Below, one piece after another: positions 12,291-24,703 of a stretch of DNA of 64,000 bases. A program made the position numbers and the translations under genes. Below the pieces are notes generated by a model, which was not told the DNA's origin, made no database searches, and saw nothing but the letters and a program-made list of their open reading frames with translations. The number at the start of each line of letters is the position of its first letter. Position 1 is the stretch's first letter. This DNA comes from Chiloscyllium plagiosum (taxonomy: Eukaryota): NCBI RefSeq assembly GCF_004010195.1, contig NC_057720.1, positions 35,080,711-35,144,710 on the forward strand, written 5' to 3'.

Positions 12291-13664
12291 CTTCTTCACC
12301 AAAATAAATTTTAATTATAATGACAAAGAACCTTTGAGTTTTTCTAACATGTAGGTAATTTGCTGATGTGTCCAGATTTCTGGATGGTGACTTCATCGAG
12401 GGAGTCATCAATTTGTCATAGTCATATGGTATTATCTATCCTTCCTGTTTGTTTTGTCAGGTTGTGCTATCCTGGACCGTAGTTGCTATTAAAGTATTTG
12501 CTTTTCCGGATACGCTATCACCAACATTTGTTCCAGATTAACAAGTGACCAATCTGGTTCCTCAAGCTGTTTCAAAGTGGTTCAAAATTTCTTGGCATTT
12601 ATTGATTTATTGTGAAAGAACTTCCAGCCCAAAGCTTCTGGATTCTTATAATTCTTTCGAGGTTTAACCTACTCTTGGTCCAGAATATTTTCTCCTCATA
12701 ACTATACTCACCATGAAGCCTCTTCGATTTTTTACTTTTTGTTTTCCTGGTAGTCTGGATAACTTCCATTTGCTGCTTCAATGGTTATTTGGTTTCTTCT
12801 AAATCCCATTTGACTGCTTTCCGTAGAACATCATTGTTGGCATTTATTTCTGAAATGACTGCATCATGAGTAATTCACATCTTCTTGTTGTGTGTGCTCT
12901 GCCTTTTGTCCTGTTTTTGCAGGTCTGCAACTTTCTTCAATGTTGTTTTGAGCTCAAGTCAACACTTCTGTAGCTGTTCCTGCTCAGCCTAATCAGTTTT
13001 GGGTGCAAGTCGATCCAGATTTTTCTGCAAACTAGCAATATCTTCATCGGATTGTTGATTCAGAGTTTTTAGTTGAGATGGCTTGCTTTTTTTTCTTCTT
13101 TTATCTCTTCTGCCATCTTTGCAAGCTAAGTGGAGATATTCCAGGAACACATTACAATCTCAGGTGGCATTCTCAATTTTGAATTTATCTTGTGTTTGTT
13201 GTTCAGCTGTTTTTTTCTTGAACTTTCATTTTTCTTTCCACAGCAGAGACATGAGATATTAATCCCACTATTTCAAAAGCAAGTGATGAATTCCTTTCTT
13301 CTTTCATATTCAATTCTGGAAGGGCTTCTTGAATAGTCTTCTGTAGCTTCTGTCGTGTCTCTGATGTTTGACTGATTCCATGGATTGTAAATAGTACAGG
13401 GCCATGGCATGCTGGCCTCCATTCATTGCTGGTCTGGCAGAACATGATGCAGAACATCTGTGATGTCCAGGCAGATCTACTTGAATAATTGATACTCCAC
13501 ATGGAACTGGTTAACTGTTATATGTTGAAAGTTTTTCCTTTTGTAATTTTTGTCATGGTTTCCTATTTCCATGGGTATTTCTTTTTGGCTATGCAAGGGA
13601 AATTGGCACTTGCTCGTAACACAATCTTCAGCAACAATAAAGAGTCACCAACTTTCTGGGCTAG

Positions 13665-14110
13665 AGACAAAAAAACTGCAGATGCTGGAATCTAAAGTAC
13701 ACAAGCAGGAGGCTGGAAGAACCCAGCAAACCAGGCAGCATCAGGAGGTGAAGAAGTCAACGTTTCGGATGTAACCCTTCTTCAGGACTGGGGGTAGGTG
13801 TAAGGGGGGCTGTAGATAAAGGGGATGTCAGGAACAGGGTGGTGAGGTGGGGATAGGTGGAGACAGGTAGAGGGTACGACCTGGTTGGTGGATGGGAGGG
13901 ATGAATCTGGTAGGTGGCTGAGAGGAATGAAAGGGAGGGTGAAGAGCCGGGAAAGGAGTCAAGGAATGGGAAGGGAGGTTTTTGAAATTGGAGAGATCCA
14001 TGTTGAGTTCTCCATGCTGTCGGCTGCCCAGGGCTGAGACCAGAAATGTTGAAATCGCCATCTCCTGATGCTACTGGGCTTGCTGTGTTCTCCCAGCCTC
14101 CTGCCTGTTT
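13665..14110 (-). mobile_element. Penelope 3' fragment with inverted end, inserted in the pseudogene
   Basis: Minus-strand core CTGAAGAAGGGTTACATCCGAAACGTT near 13760-13786. An inverted copy of the terminus lies at about 14060-14108. Degenerate TSD accaactttctggg / accagctctctggg. Confidence 0.75.
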
Positions 14111-15026
14111 ACCAGCTCTCTGGGGACAGTTAATCTTAACATTTTCAAAAAACTTCAGGTAGTGTGATTACTTTTCTGCTTTCCACGAGAATGATAATGT
14201 TACCATACTGTCTCATTGTGTACATCATCAGGTTTTTGTTCGTTAATCATTTCATGTATACACCTCTTGTGAAATACCATATTTTGTTTATTGTAGCCTT
14301 TGAGCAGTCAGTTTGGGTTGATACATAATGCTTTGTAGGTGCACTAGTTTTTGTTCAAACATAGCAGCTCTAGCAATGGCTTTTTCTGCCAGATGCCTAG
14401 CAAAATTACATGAAAGCTACTCATTACCTTGCTGCATGTAGAAAACCATACCTTTCACATGTTTGGGTTTTCCACATGTTGTCAACCATCCAGGTTGCAT
14501 TAGAATCTGGAAGCTTCATCAACTTGCATGAATTCCTTTGTACATATACATCTTCAGCCGATCTGATAAATCTTTCTAGAACTATCCATGGGGGTTAAAG
14601 CGACCACCAATCCAACAATGTTGATTGCTAGCAGTCCATCTGAAAATCCCAGTATGAGCCGCTTTCTCAGAATCTTCTCAAACTGATCTCTGGAACCTGT
14701 AGGCATCTGTTTCGGTGACATGAATTCTACTCTAAGAATACAAATGTTTATTCTGGCCTTGAGTTGATCTTTCAATGTTATCCACCTTTTCAGGATATTT
14801 TAGCTGTTTGGCTGTTAATCCTACCATGTCAAGATTGTACAGGTGTTCATTCACAATGGCTAAGCAGATGATATGGTTTCCTTTCCTGCATCAGTCACAA
14901 CCAAATCTAGAAATATTTTTAATTCTGTTAGGATTGCTACTGTGTCCTAATTTAAACTAGAGTATCTTGAGAACACTGCCAATATGCCTTTGCACTTCCT
15001 TTGCTTACTGAGGAGAGATTTGTACC

Positions 15027-17364
15027 TTACCAGCAAGCAATCACACTCTCTGTCACTGTGATCTGTATCTTACCAGCAAGCCGTGATTTCAACACTCTCT
15101 GACACTGTGATCTGTATCTTACCAGCAAGCTGTGATTTCAACACCCTCTGACACTGTGATCTGTATCTTACCAGCAAGCTGTGATTTCAACACTCTCTGA
15201 CACTGTGATCTGTATCTTACCAGCAAGCTGTGATTTTACACTTTCTGTCACTCTGATCTGTATCTTACCAGCAAGCTGTGATTTCAACCCCTCTCTGACA
15301 CTGTGATCTGTAGCTTACCAGCAAGCTGTGATTTCAATACTCTCTGACACTGTGACCTGTATCTTACCAGCAAGCTGTGATTTCAACACTCTCTGTCACT
15401 GTGACCTGTATCTTACTAGCAAGCTGTGATTTCAACACTCTCTGTCACTCTGATCTGTATCTTACCAGCAAGCAGTGATTTCAACACTCTCTGACACTGT
15501 GATCTGTAGCTTACCAGCAAGCTGTGATTTCAATACTCTCTGTCACTGTGACCTGTATCTTACCAGCAAGCTGTGATTTCAACACTCTCTGACACTGTGA
15601 TCTGTATCTTACGACTTCAACACTCTCTGTCACTCTGATCTGTATCTTACCAGCAAGCAGTGATTTCAACACTCTCTGACACTGTGATCTGTAGCTTACC
15701 AGCAAGCTGTGATTTCAATACTCTCTGACACTGTGACCTGTATCTTACCAGCAAGCTGTGATTTCAACACTGTCTGTCACTGTGACCTGTATCTTACCAG
15801 CAAGCTGTGATTTCAACATTCTCTGACACTGTGATCTGTATCTTACCAGCAAGCTGTGATTTCAACACTCTCTGACATTGTGATCTGTATCTTACCAGCA
15901 AGCCGTGATTTCAACACTCTGTGACACTGTGATCTGTATCTTACCAGCAAGCTGTGATTTCAACACTCTCTGACACTGTGATCTGTATCTTACCAGCAAG
16001 CTGTGACTTCAACACTCTCTGACACTGTGGTCTGTATCTTACCAGCAAGCCGTGATTTCAACACTCTGACACTGTGATCTGTATCTTACCAGCAAGCTAT
16101 GATTTCAACATTCCTGTCACTGTGATCTGTATCTTACCAGCAAGCTGTGATTTCAACCCCTCTCTGACACAGTGACCTGTATCTTACCAGCAAGCTGTGA
16201 TATCAACACTCTCTGACACTGTGATCTGTATCCTACTAGCAAGCTGTGATTTCAACACTCTCTGACACTGTGATTTGTATCCTACCAGCAAGCTGTGATT
16301 TCAACACTCTCTGACACTGTGATCTGTATCCTACCAGCAAATTATGATTTCAACACTGTCTGACACTGTGATTTATATCCTACCAGCAAGCTGTGATTTC
16401 AACACTCTCTGACATTGTGATCTGTATCTTACCAGCAAGCTGTGATTTCAACACACTCTGACACTGTGATCTGTATCTTACCAGCAAGCTGTGATTTCAA
16501 CCCCTCTCTGACGCAGTGACCTGTATCTTACCAGCAAGCTGTGATTTCAACCCCTCTCTGACACTGTGATTTGTAACTTACCAGCAAGCTGTGATTTCAA
16601 CACTCTCTGACACTGTGACCTGTATCTTACCAGCAAGCTGTGATTTCAACACTCTCTGACACTGTGACCTGTATCTCACAAGCAAGCTGTGATTTCTACA
16701 CTCTTTGACATTGTGATCTGTATCTTACCAGCAAGCTGTGATTTCAACACTCTCTGACATTGTGGTCTGTATCCTACAGCAAGCTGTGATTCCAACACTC
16801 TCTGACACTGTGATCTGTATCTTACCAGCAAGCTGTGATTTCAACACTCTCTGACACTGTGACCTGTATCTTACCAGAAAGCTGTGATTTCAACACTCTC
16901 TGACATTGTGATCTGTATCCTACAGCAAGCTGTGATCTTACCAGCAAGCTGTGATTTCAACCCCTCTCTGACGCAGTGACCTGTATCTTACCAGCAAGCT
17001 GAGATTTCAACACTCTCTGACACTGTGACCTGTATCTTACCAGCAAGCTGTGATTTCAACACTCTCTGACACTGTGATCTGTAGCTTACCAGCAAGCTGT
17101 GATTTCAACACTCTGTGACACTGTGATCTGCATCTTACCAGCGAGCTGTGATTTCAACACTCTCTGACATTGTGATCTGTATCCTACAGCAAGCTGTGAC
17201 TTCAACACTCTCTGACACTGTGATCTGTAGCTTACCAGCAAGCTGTGATTTCAACACTCTCTGACACTGTGATCTGTATCCTACCAGCAAGCTGTGATTT
17301 CAACACTCTCTGACACTGTGGTCTGTATCTTACTAGCAAGTTGTGATTTCAACACTCTGACACT
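15027..17364. repeat. 49-bp minisatellite, about 47-48 units (ttaccagcaagctgtgatttcaacactctctgacactgtgatctgtatc)
   Basis: Head-to-tail units 49 bp apart (e.g. 15119, 15168) with point variants and no unique spacers. Confidence 0.98.
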
Positions 17365-18850
17365 AAAACAAAGACTTTGAGGATTTTCTCAAGTAGTCTG
17401 GTATATGTCAAATTTAATAGTCTTGACATGTGTTCTTCTTAAAGATCCACTTCTTTGCTGGCTTTTCAAGCATGATAGGCCTCATCAGCACCAATGTTTT
17501 CAATCACTGTTCACCACGTGATAATGGTCTCATGATCAATCGCTCATCTGAGACTGGTTAACCCTCTGGGTGCTTGTATTTAAAACAGTGAAACACAGTG
17601 CAAGTGGTGAAGCAATCAAGCATTCAATTGATATCTGAGATTGTGCAGCTTATAGACCCAAATTAGACAAGCTGCCAAGCAGAGCCACAGTGTTATATAT
17701 GCACAGCATGATACACATACAGCAGTCTCTTTTAAGACTATATGATGCCCTGCTTGCTGTAAAGAAGAAAGTTAAAGCTAGCTCCTATGACTAGAGGCTG
17801 TGAGAGCAAATGTGAAATAAGTGTAATAGTTTCATCATCAATAATACTTCTCATGCAGTAATATTTTCACTATTTGCCCTTGGGTTACTTTTTTGTTCTG
17901 TATCTACATCACTCATTTCCTATTGCCCCACATAGCCTTTGAATATCCTGAAAAATAATTTTGCCATTTATCTTTAAGTGGTCATCCACCTTTAAAGCTG
18001 ATAAGTAGCTCATTAAGAGCTGATCACATATGATTTCTTGCCCTTTACTTATTCCTTTACTGAGTTATCACCTGCAGGCCCAATTCAGGACAAGAGGTCA
18101 TCTTGTTTAGTTGATTAATATTGACCTGCAATTCCTTTCAGTCCCATATGGTGTCCGGGCTCCCTCTTCTATAATATTATGAGATCTCTTTACGTTGCAA
18201 ACACAAGTATTGAGATTGTAATAAAGCATTGATTAATAAATAAAATAGCAATAGTTTTGTGCCTGTGGTGCTAGAATGACTTTAACATTATCTTGTTTCC
18301 TCAGGCATATAAAAGTAATCTCTCAACATACCGTGAGAAAATAGTGCTCATGGATCTAATATCTGCAGACTGTGTTGCCCTTTACATAATTCAGGTGACC
18401 TCTTTGAAGTTAGATGCTAAAGGAACGTTTACAAAAGTCGAGACTCCGGTTTCTCAAGTGTCTGCTTAAAGAGGTTTTCAGCCTGCATTTTTGTTTTTAA
18501 CTGTATTGGTCATGACTCCTTTTGCATTCAAATTCTTCCAATATACAAATATTTTATCAAAGGGTCTTAGAAAAGAGTGGGAGGGAGTAAGGCAGTGATG
18601 CTGAGGAAAGACATAGCATTCTGTAATGTATCAAAGAGTAAGGGTGACCCATAAAGCCATGCTAGAGAAATTTTTTGCAGGTGGTGCAATTATAGCTATG
18701 AGGTACCAAGCATTAGGTTGAGAATTTGAAAGTGAAGACATCATGGACTGGAATTTAATGTATTGGTAAAGTCCTACCAGTACTCTTTTTCTGAACTTCA
18801 GACCTATTCTACGTTTTCAAAATAAACTGAACAAAAGGCTGGAAAGCTTT

Positions 18851-19158
18851 GGGAAAGTGATGGCCTTGTGGTATTATTGCGAGACTATTAATCAAGAGAC
18901 CCATATAATGTTCTGAGGACCTATGTTTGAATCCCACTGTGGCAGATGGTGGAATTTGAATTCTATAAAAATCTGGAATTGAGAATCTAATGATAACTAT
19001 GAAATGCATCTGGTTCACTAATATCCTTTAGGGAAGGAAATCTGCCTACATGTAACTCCAGACCCACAGCAATGTGGTTGAGTCCCTGTGGTCAATTAGG
19101 GATGGGTAATAAATGCTCGCTTAAACAGTGACACTTATATCCCATGAATGAATAAAAA
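18851..19158 (+). mobile_element. tRNA-headed SINE, second family (no V-domain, A-rich tail)
   Basis: A-box/B-box-like head (gtggtatt...gtttgaatccc), body ggaaggaaatctgcc...ccagacccacagcaatgtgg and tail cccatgaatgaataaaaa. Repeated at several sites in the window. Confidence 0.8.
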
Positions 19159-19289
19159 GAAGGCTGCCCTGCTGATCACCTAATTTTTTTCCTAAAGAAT
19201 ATTCCAGACTGATGTAAGTCAGTACTCTTCCTGAAATCGGTGAGAAGAATATTATTCTAAAACAAAGACATTGTCTCAAACTCTCAACT

Positions 19290-19512
19290 TGAGAGTGCAT
19301 TGCTGGAAAAGCACAGCAGGTCAGGTAGCATCCAACGAGCAGGAAAATCGACGTTTCAAGTCGGAGCCCTTCATCAGGAATGCCTGAAGAAGGGCTCCTG
19401 CCCGAAACATCAATTTTCCTGCTCCTCGGATGCTGCCTGACCTGCTGTGCTTTTCAAGCAACACACTCTCAACTCTGATCTCCAGCATCTGCAAACCTCA
19501 CTGTCTCCTAGT
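19290..19512. mobile_element. Palindromic Penelope mini-insertion with hammerhead cores on both strands
   Basis: Arms at about 19290-19378 and 19384-19472. Plus-strand core CTGAAGAAGGGCTCCTGCCCGAAACATC. TSD tctcaaactctcaact (19274-19289) / tttcaaattctcaact (19516-19531). Confidence 0.85.
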
Positions 19513-20044
19513 TGATTTCAAATTCTCAACTGTTAACCACAACAGAGGATGTTGAAATCATCATGAATATTATATTTCACTTGAAAAAGAGTTAGGAATT
19601 AAAGCAAGTTATATGGTGAGAGAGTTGTGTTGTTGTCTCCTTTTAAAAATTAGTTAAGATGTTTGTAAACAATTCCAGTAGTTGAACTACTAAAACCAGT
19701 AGTTCACTCAACCTGTAAACCCGAGTTAAAATCAGCTGCAAGCTATCAGGCAACAAGCAGATCATTACCTGTTCCGATTTTGAATTCACCTGAGAGTCAA
19801 CCTCCGAGAAATCCCATAAGAAGCATCCCAGCCTGCTGAGAATATTTCACTTCAATTTTAAAGCATCAAAATCATCCAAAAAATATTAGAGGCACACCAT
19901 ATGGGAGACAAAAATCATAACTCAGGGACTGAGAAGATTATAATCTATAAATATACATTACCGTCAACTATACCTAGTCTTTTAGGATGTGTGGTTGTGT
20001 GAAAATGAGTGTGCGAAATTTTGAGTTTAATTCAAGATAAGTCA

Positions 20045-21900
20045 CAGACACATAGAGATATACAGCACAGAAATACACCATTCGATCCAACTCATCCATG
20101 CCAACCAGATATCCCAACCCATTCCAGTCCTACCTGCCAGCACCTGGCCGATATCCTTCCAAACCTTTCTATTCATATACCCATCCACTTGCCTTTTAAA
20201 TGTTGCAATTGTACTAGCCTCCACCACTTCCTCTGGCAGCCCATTCTACACATGCACCACCTTCTGCGTGAAAAAAATGCCCTTTAGGACCCTTTTATAT
20301 CTTTCCCCTCTCACCCTAAACCTATGCCCTCTAGTTCTGGACTTCCCAACCTCAGGGAAAAGATTTTGTCTATTTACCCTATCCATGCCCCTCATGATTT
20401 TATAAACCTCTATACAGTCACCCCTCAGCCTCTGATGCTCCAGGAAAAACTACCCCAGCCTATTCAACATCTCCCTATAGCTCAACTCCTCCAACCCTGG
20501 CAACGTCCTTGTAAATCCTTTCTGAACCCTTTCAAGTTTCACAACATCCTTCTGATAGGAAGAAGACCAGATTTGCATTCAATATTCCAAAAATGGCTGA
20601 ACAATGTCCTGTACAGCCGCAACCTGACCTCCCAACTCCTGTACGCAATACTCTGACCAATAAAGGAAAGCATACTAAACACATTCTTCACTATTCTATC
20701 TGCAACTCCACTTTCAAGGAGCTATGAACTTGCACTCCAAGGTCTCTTTGTTCAGCAACACTCCCAAGGACCTTACCATTACGTGTATAAGTCCTGCTAA
20801 GATTTGTTTTCCCAAAATGCAGCACCTCGCATTTATCTGAATTAAACTCCATCTACCACTTCTCAGCCCATGGCCCATCTGGTCAAGATCCTGTTGTAAT
20901 CTGAGGTAACCCTCTTCGCTGTCCACTACACCTCCAATTTTGGTGTCATCTGCAAACTTACNNNNNACTGAAGTCCATATAGATCACATCTACCACTCTG
21001 CCCTTATCAATCTTCTTTGTTACTTCTTCATAAAACTCAGTCAAGTTTGTGAGACATGATTTCACACGCACAAAGCCATGTTGACTATCTCTAATCAGCC
21101 CTTGCCTTTCCAAATACTTGTACATCCTGTCCCTCAGGATTCCCTCCAACAACTTGCCCACCACCGAGGTCAGGCTCACTAGTCTATAGTTCCCTGGCTT
21201 GTCTTTACCGTCCTTCTTAAACAGTGGCACCACGTTTGCCAACCTCCAGTCTTCCGGCACCTCACCTGTGACTATCGCTGATACAAATATCTCAGCAAGA
21301 GGCCCAGCAATCACTTCTCTAGCTTCCCACAGAGTTCTCGGGTACACCTGCTCAGGTCCTGAGGATTTATCCACCTTTAACATCCAAATCATTTATATAA
21401 ATTCTGAAAAGTAGAGGACCCAGCACCGATCCTTGCGGCACTCCACTGGTCACAGGCCTCCAATCTGAAAAACAACCCTCCTCACCGCCGTCTGTCTTCT
21501 ACCTTTGGGCCAGTTCTGTATCCAAATGGCTAGTTCTCCCTGTATTCTATGAGATCTAATCTTGCTAACCAGTCTTGCTAACCAGTCTCCTATAGGGAAT
21601 CTTGTTGAACACCTTATTGAAGTCTATATGGATCACTGGGCGAAAGTGGGTACTGCAGATGCTGGAGATCAGAGTCAAGATTTGAGTGGGGTGCTGGAAA
21701 AGCACAGCAGGTCAGGCAACATCCAAGGAGCAGGAAAATGATGAAGGGCTTTTGCCCGAAACATTGATTTTCCTGCTTCTCCGATGCTGCCTGACCTACT
21801 GTGCTTTTGCAGCACCACTCTAATCTTGATCAATATAGATCACGTCTACCACTCTGTCCTCATCAATCCTCTTTGTTACTTCTTCAAAAACTCAATCAAG
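20045..21900 (-). mobile_element. CR1 (HER1-type) RT/3' portion, segments out of order around a 5-N gap
   Basis: RT motifs in ORF 20958-21392; 3' tail near 20045. Confidence 0.9.
21637..21829. mobile_element. Palindromic Penelope mini-insertion nested in the CR1
   Basis: Inverted arms; core TGATGAAGGGCTTTTGCCCGAAAC. TSD tctatatggatcac (21623-21636) / tcaatatagatcac (21830-21843). Confidence 0.8.
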
Positions 21901-21974
21901 TGTGAATAAGTTATTTACTTCTAAACTCTCAAAGGTGTGCTGTTAGCTTATAATTTAACTGGACATGCACGAAG

Positions 21975-22135
21975 CATTGGAGGCTGGTACAAATATAACA
22001 TTTAAATGGCATCTGGATGATTCCATGAAGAGGAAGAGGAATATGAGTCAAATGCTAGCAAATAATTTAGGATAGCTGATCAGCATGGAGTTCAACCGAA
22101 GGATCTGTTTTCATGCTGTACAACTCTATGATTCT
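21975..22135 (+). mobile_element. CR1 3'-end fragment
   Basis: ggaggctggtacaaat...ctgttttcatgctgtacaactctatgattcta matches the family 3' end. Confidence 0.75.
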
Positions 22136-22634
22136 ACCACAGTAAGAAAAAACACACCTCCTTCATGCAAAACATACCAATTGTGAGCAGTAAGACATGA
22201 TCAGCAGTAGTTGGTCTGAGGTATGCTTAGGCGTAGGATGTGTTTCAGCCATTAAGACGGACAGCTTTATTGTGATGGAGAAAGAGTAAGTCTGAAGTTT
22301 GTTCAAGTTGTTTCAGAGATTCTGAATTATTTAGTTCAAAAAGAGATGTGCATTTATATAGCACCCTTCATTACCTCAGGGAAGGAAAAAGAGATTAATA
22401 ATGAAACTGTAGCTTGTAAGAATAAGGTTGGGTGATCAACAAAGGATATTTTTAGGAGAGAGATTCACTTCCTCCACAATATTAAGATACTGCATCATAT
22501 TCAACATGCACTACATTTGCTCCGTGATAACATCACAAGGCTGCCTCAGAGTTTGAATGCCCTTACACAACAATTATTCACTCTTTTACATTTCCTAGCA
22601 TGACCCTTTGTAATTCATAGCAAACTTGCAGTGT

Positions 22635-23139
22635 TCAAAGTTTGTGCGAAGATTTGTAGCTCGGGTGCTCGTTGTTGTGGTTCTGTTCGCCATCCCATGC
22701 AAGGACTGCACTAAACACTATATAGGACAAACAGGAAGACAGCTAACAATCCGCATACATGAACATCAACTAGCCACGAAACGACACGACCAGCTATCCT
22801 TAGTAGCCACACACGCAGACAACAAGCAACATGAATTCGACTGGGACAACACTACTATCATAGGGCAAGCCAGACAGAGAACAGCCAGGGAATTCCTAGA
22901 GGCATGGCATTCATCCACAAACTCCATCAACAAACACATCGATCTTGTCCCAATATACCAACCACTACAGCGGACATCTGATACTGACAACCGGAAGCGG
23001 CAGGGACAGGCCACTATAAACACCGGAGGAAACATCAAAGAAGCGCTTCGCAGGAGGCTCCCAAGCACTGATGATGTCGCCTAGCCAGGGGACGAAACGT
23101 TTGCAACAAAAACGTCCAGCTCGGCGAACAGAACCACAA
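22635..23139 (+). mobile_element. 5'-truncated Penelope/Poseidon-type element: GIY-YIG endonuclease C-terminus, hammerhead, short inverted 5' segment
   Basis: Open frame IPCKDCTKHYIGQTGRQLTIRIHEH...REFLEAWHS...INKH. Hammerhead core CTGATGA...GACGAAACGTT at 23068-23101. Perfect 14-bp TSD caaacttgcagtgt at 22621-22634 and 23140-23153. Confidence 0.92.
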
Positions 23140-23276
23140 CAAACTTGCAGTGTAGTCAAGTGATTTATAGCTGCCTTTTTTTTGCTTCTTCAGTCCATGT
23201 CCAGTTACATCTTTGTATGAAAAGAGTCTTTAACAGGTTTTTCCTGAAATAAAGTATCATTTATGCAATCATGACT

Positions 23277-23457
23277 AAAATAAAACAAAAACCTGCAGAT
23301 TCTGGAAATCGGAAACAAAAACAGAAGAGAGGAAGCAGAATTAATGTTTCAAAAGGTTTAAGTTCTCAAAGAGGGTTACCGGGCTCAAAATGTTATCTCT
23401 TTTCTCTCCACAGATGATGCCAGACCTGCTATGTTTCTCCAGCACTTTCTGATTTTG
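23277..23457. mobile_element. Older Penelope hairpin-type mini-insertion
   Basis: PLE terminus present in both orientations; degenerate TSD tatgcaatcatgact / tatacaaagatgact. Confidence 0.6.
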
Positions 23458-23850
23458 TATACAAAGATGACTTCCGAAATAGGATCTCTTCTGAGGAAGA
23501 ATTGGGGAAAAGTGTAGTGAAAGTTAAAGAAAGAACCTGGGGAATATTGGGTTGTTGGAAAAAAATATCAAGTTTGAATAATTCAGATACAGCTTCAAAG
23601 TATAAAAAACACAGAAGTTCCTACTTTTAAAGATGTCTACTTTCAAATGGAGAAGAAAAATATCCTTATTGGCTAAAAATTAACCTTGGTTTGAACCATT
23701 TTAGAGACTGATAGGTTAAATAAATATCAGCTAAAAGTTTTAATGATTTGACAGAAATGAGGAACATCCTTTGACTCTCTAACAATTTTAAATGAAAATT
23801 GTTGCTTTCATTTTAGCAAAACAAATGTGATTGGCACACTGCACCCAGGT

Positions 23851-24172
23851 CATGGAATCCCTGCAGTATGGGAACAGGTCCTTCAGCCCAACAAGTCCAC
23901 ACTGATCCTCTGAAGAGTAACCCACCATGACCTATTCCCCCTACCTTATATTTACCCCTGACTAATGCACCTAACCTACACATACCTGAACATTATAGGC
24001 AATTTAGCACAGCCAATCCACCTAAACTGCACATCTTTGGATTGTGGGGAGAAACCCACATAGACACAGGGAGAATGTGCAAACTCCACACAGACAGTTG
24101 CCCAAGGCTGGAATTGAACCCATGTCCCTGGCACTGTGAGACAGCAATGCTAACCACTGAACCACTATGCCA
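23851..24172 (-). mobile_element. HE1-type V-SINE
   Basis: V-domain, tRNA-like head and CR1-like 3' end. Confidence 0.88.
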
Positions 24173-24703
24173 CACTTTTTTTAAAAGGAACATTGACAGA
24201 TCCATCCCATAACTTCACCCCATCCCCCAGCTTCCTGCCAGCTGTTAGCTAATGGGGGTGGGTCTCAGTCCCACTCTGCTAGTCGTTAATGCAACCCTCT
24301 AGATGACAATTCCTTTACAGCTTTGTTTTTTTTGATGTTGAGATACTTTGTCATTACAGTTGGACAGGTTTTTTAAAAATCCACCTCTCAACAGGTGAAT
24401 AGACTACAATTGAAGCATGCAATTTGTCTTTTCACACTTTATGGATGTGGTATTTAACAAAAGCTGGATTATTCCACTTGCAAACTAGCCTGGTGTGCAA
24501 CTTCAACAAAGCAACTTGCAATTTCATAAGTGACATGAGTAAGTTCAAACTTCCATAAGAAAGATAGTAGAAAATATACAATTATAATCATTTATAGAGC
24601 ATGAGTTCCCATTATAGGATCTGACTTGCACCCCTAAGTAAGGACTCTTCTTTGGTACTAAATGAGCTTTTCACAACTGGTTTACATCTTTTCCAGCTTT
24701 TTT

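Larger units (their letters stand above)
12340..17756 (-). pseudogene. Decayed intronless gene: hydrophobic N-terminal segment + RNF213-like (pre-AAA) region + coiled coil
   Basis: Manual minus-strand translation gives colinear blocks RVNQSQ, RLLNLT, KSLLSKQRKCKG, TELKIFLDLVVTDAG, HLYNLD, LLAINIVG, KLMKL, LHAA/GN and SWK..HYLKFF, which resemble RNF213 as I recall it. Heptad-rich E/K/Q/L sequence follows at about 13380-12600. Many stops and frameshifts. Candidate acceptor ttaactttcttctttacag just before 17756. Confidence 0.65.

Noticed and set aside
15027..17364. CRISPR-like array
   Set aside because: Units are contiguous with no unique spacers, there are no cas genes, and the context is vertebrate. 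It is a minisatellite.
12068..17710. LTR pair flanking an internal ORF
   Set aside because: The direct repeats lack TG...CA ends, PBS/PPT and gag/pol, and they diverge with a codon-position bias typical of paralogous coding sequence.
20940..21640. Biological rearrangement or duplication inside a CR1
   Set aside because: The out-of-order blocks start at a 5-N gap, so misassembly of a high-copy repeat is the simpler explanation.
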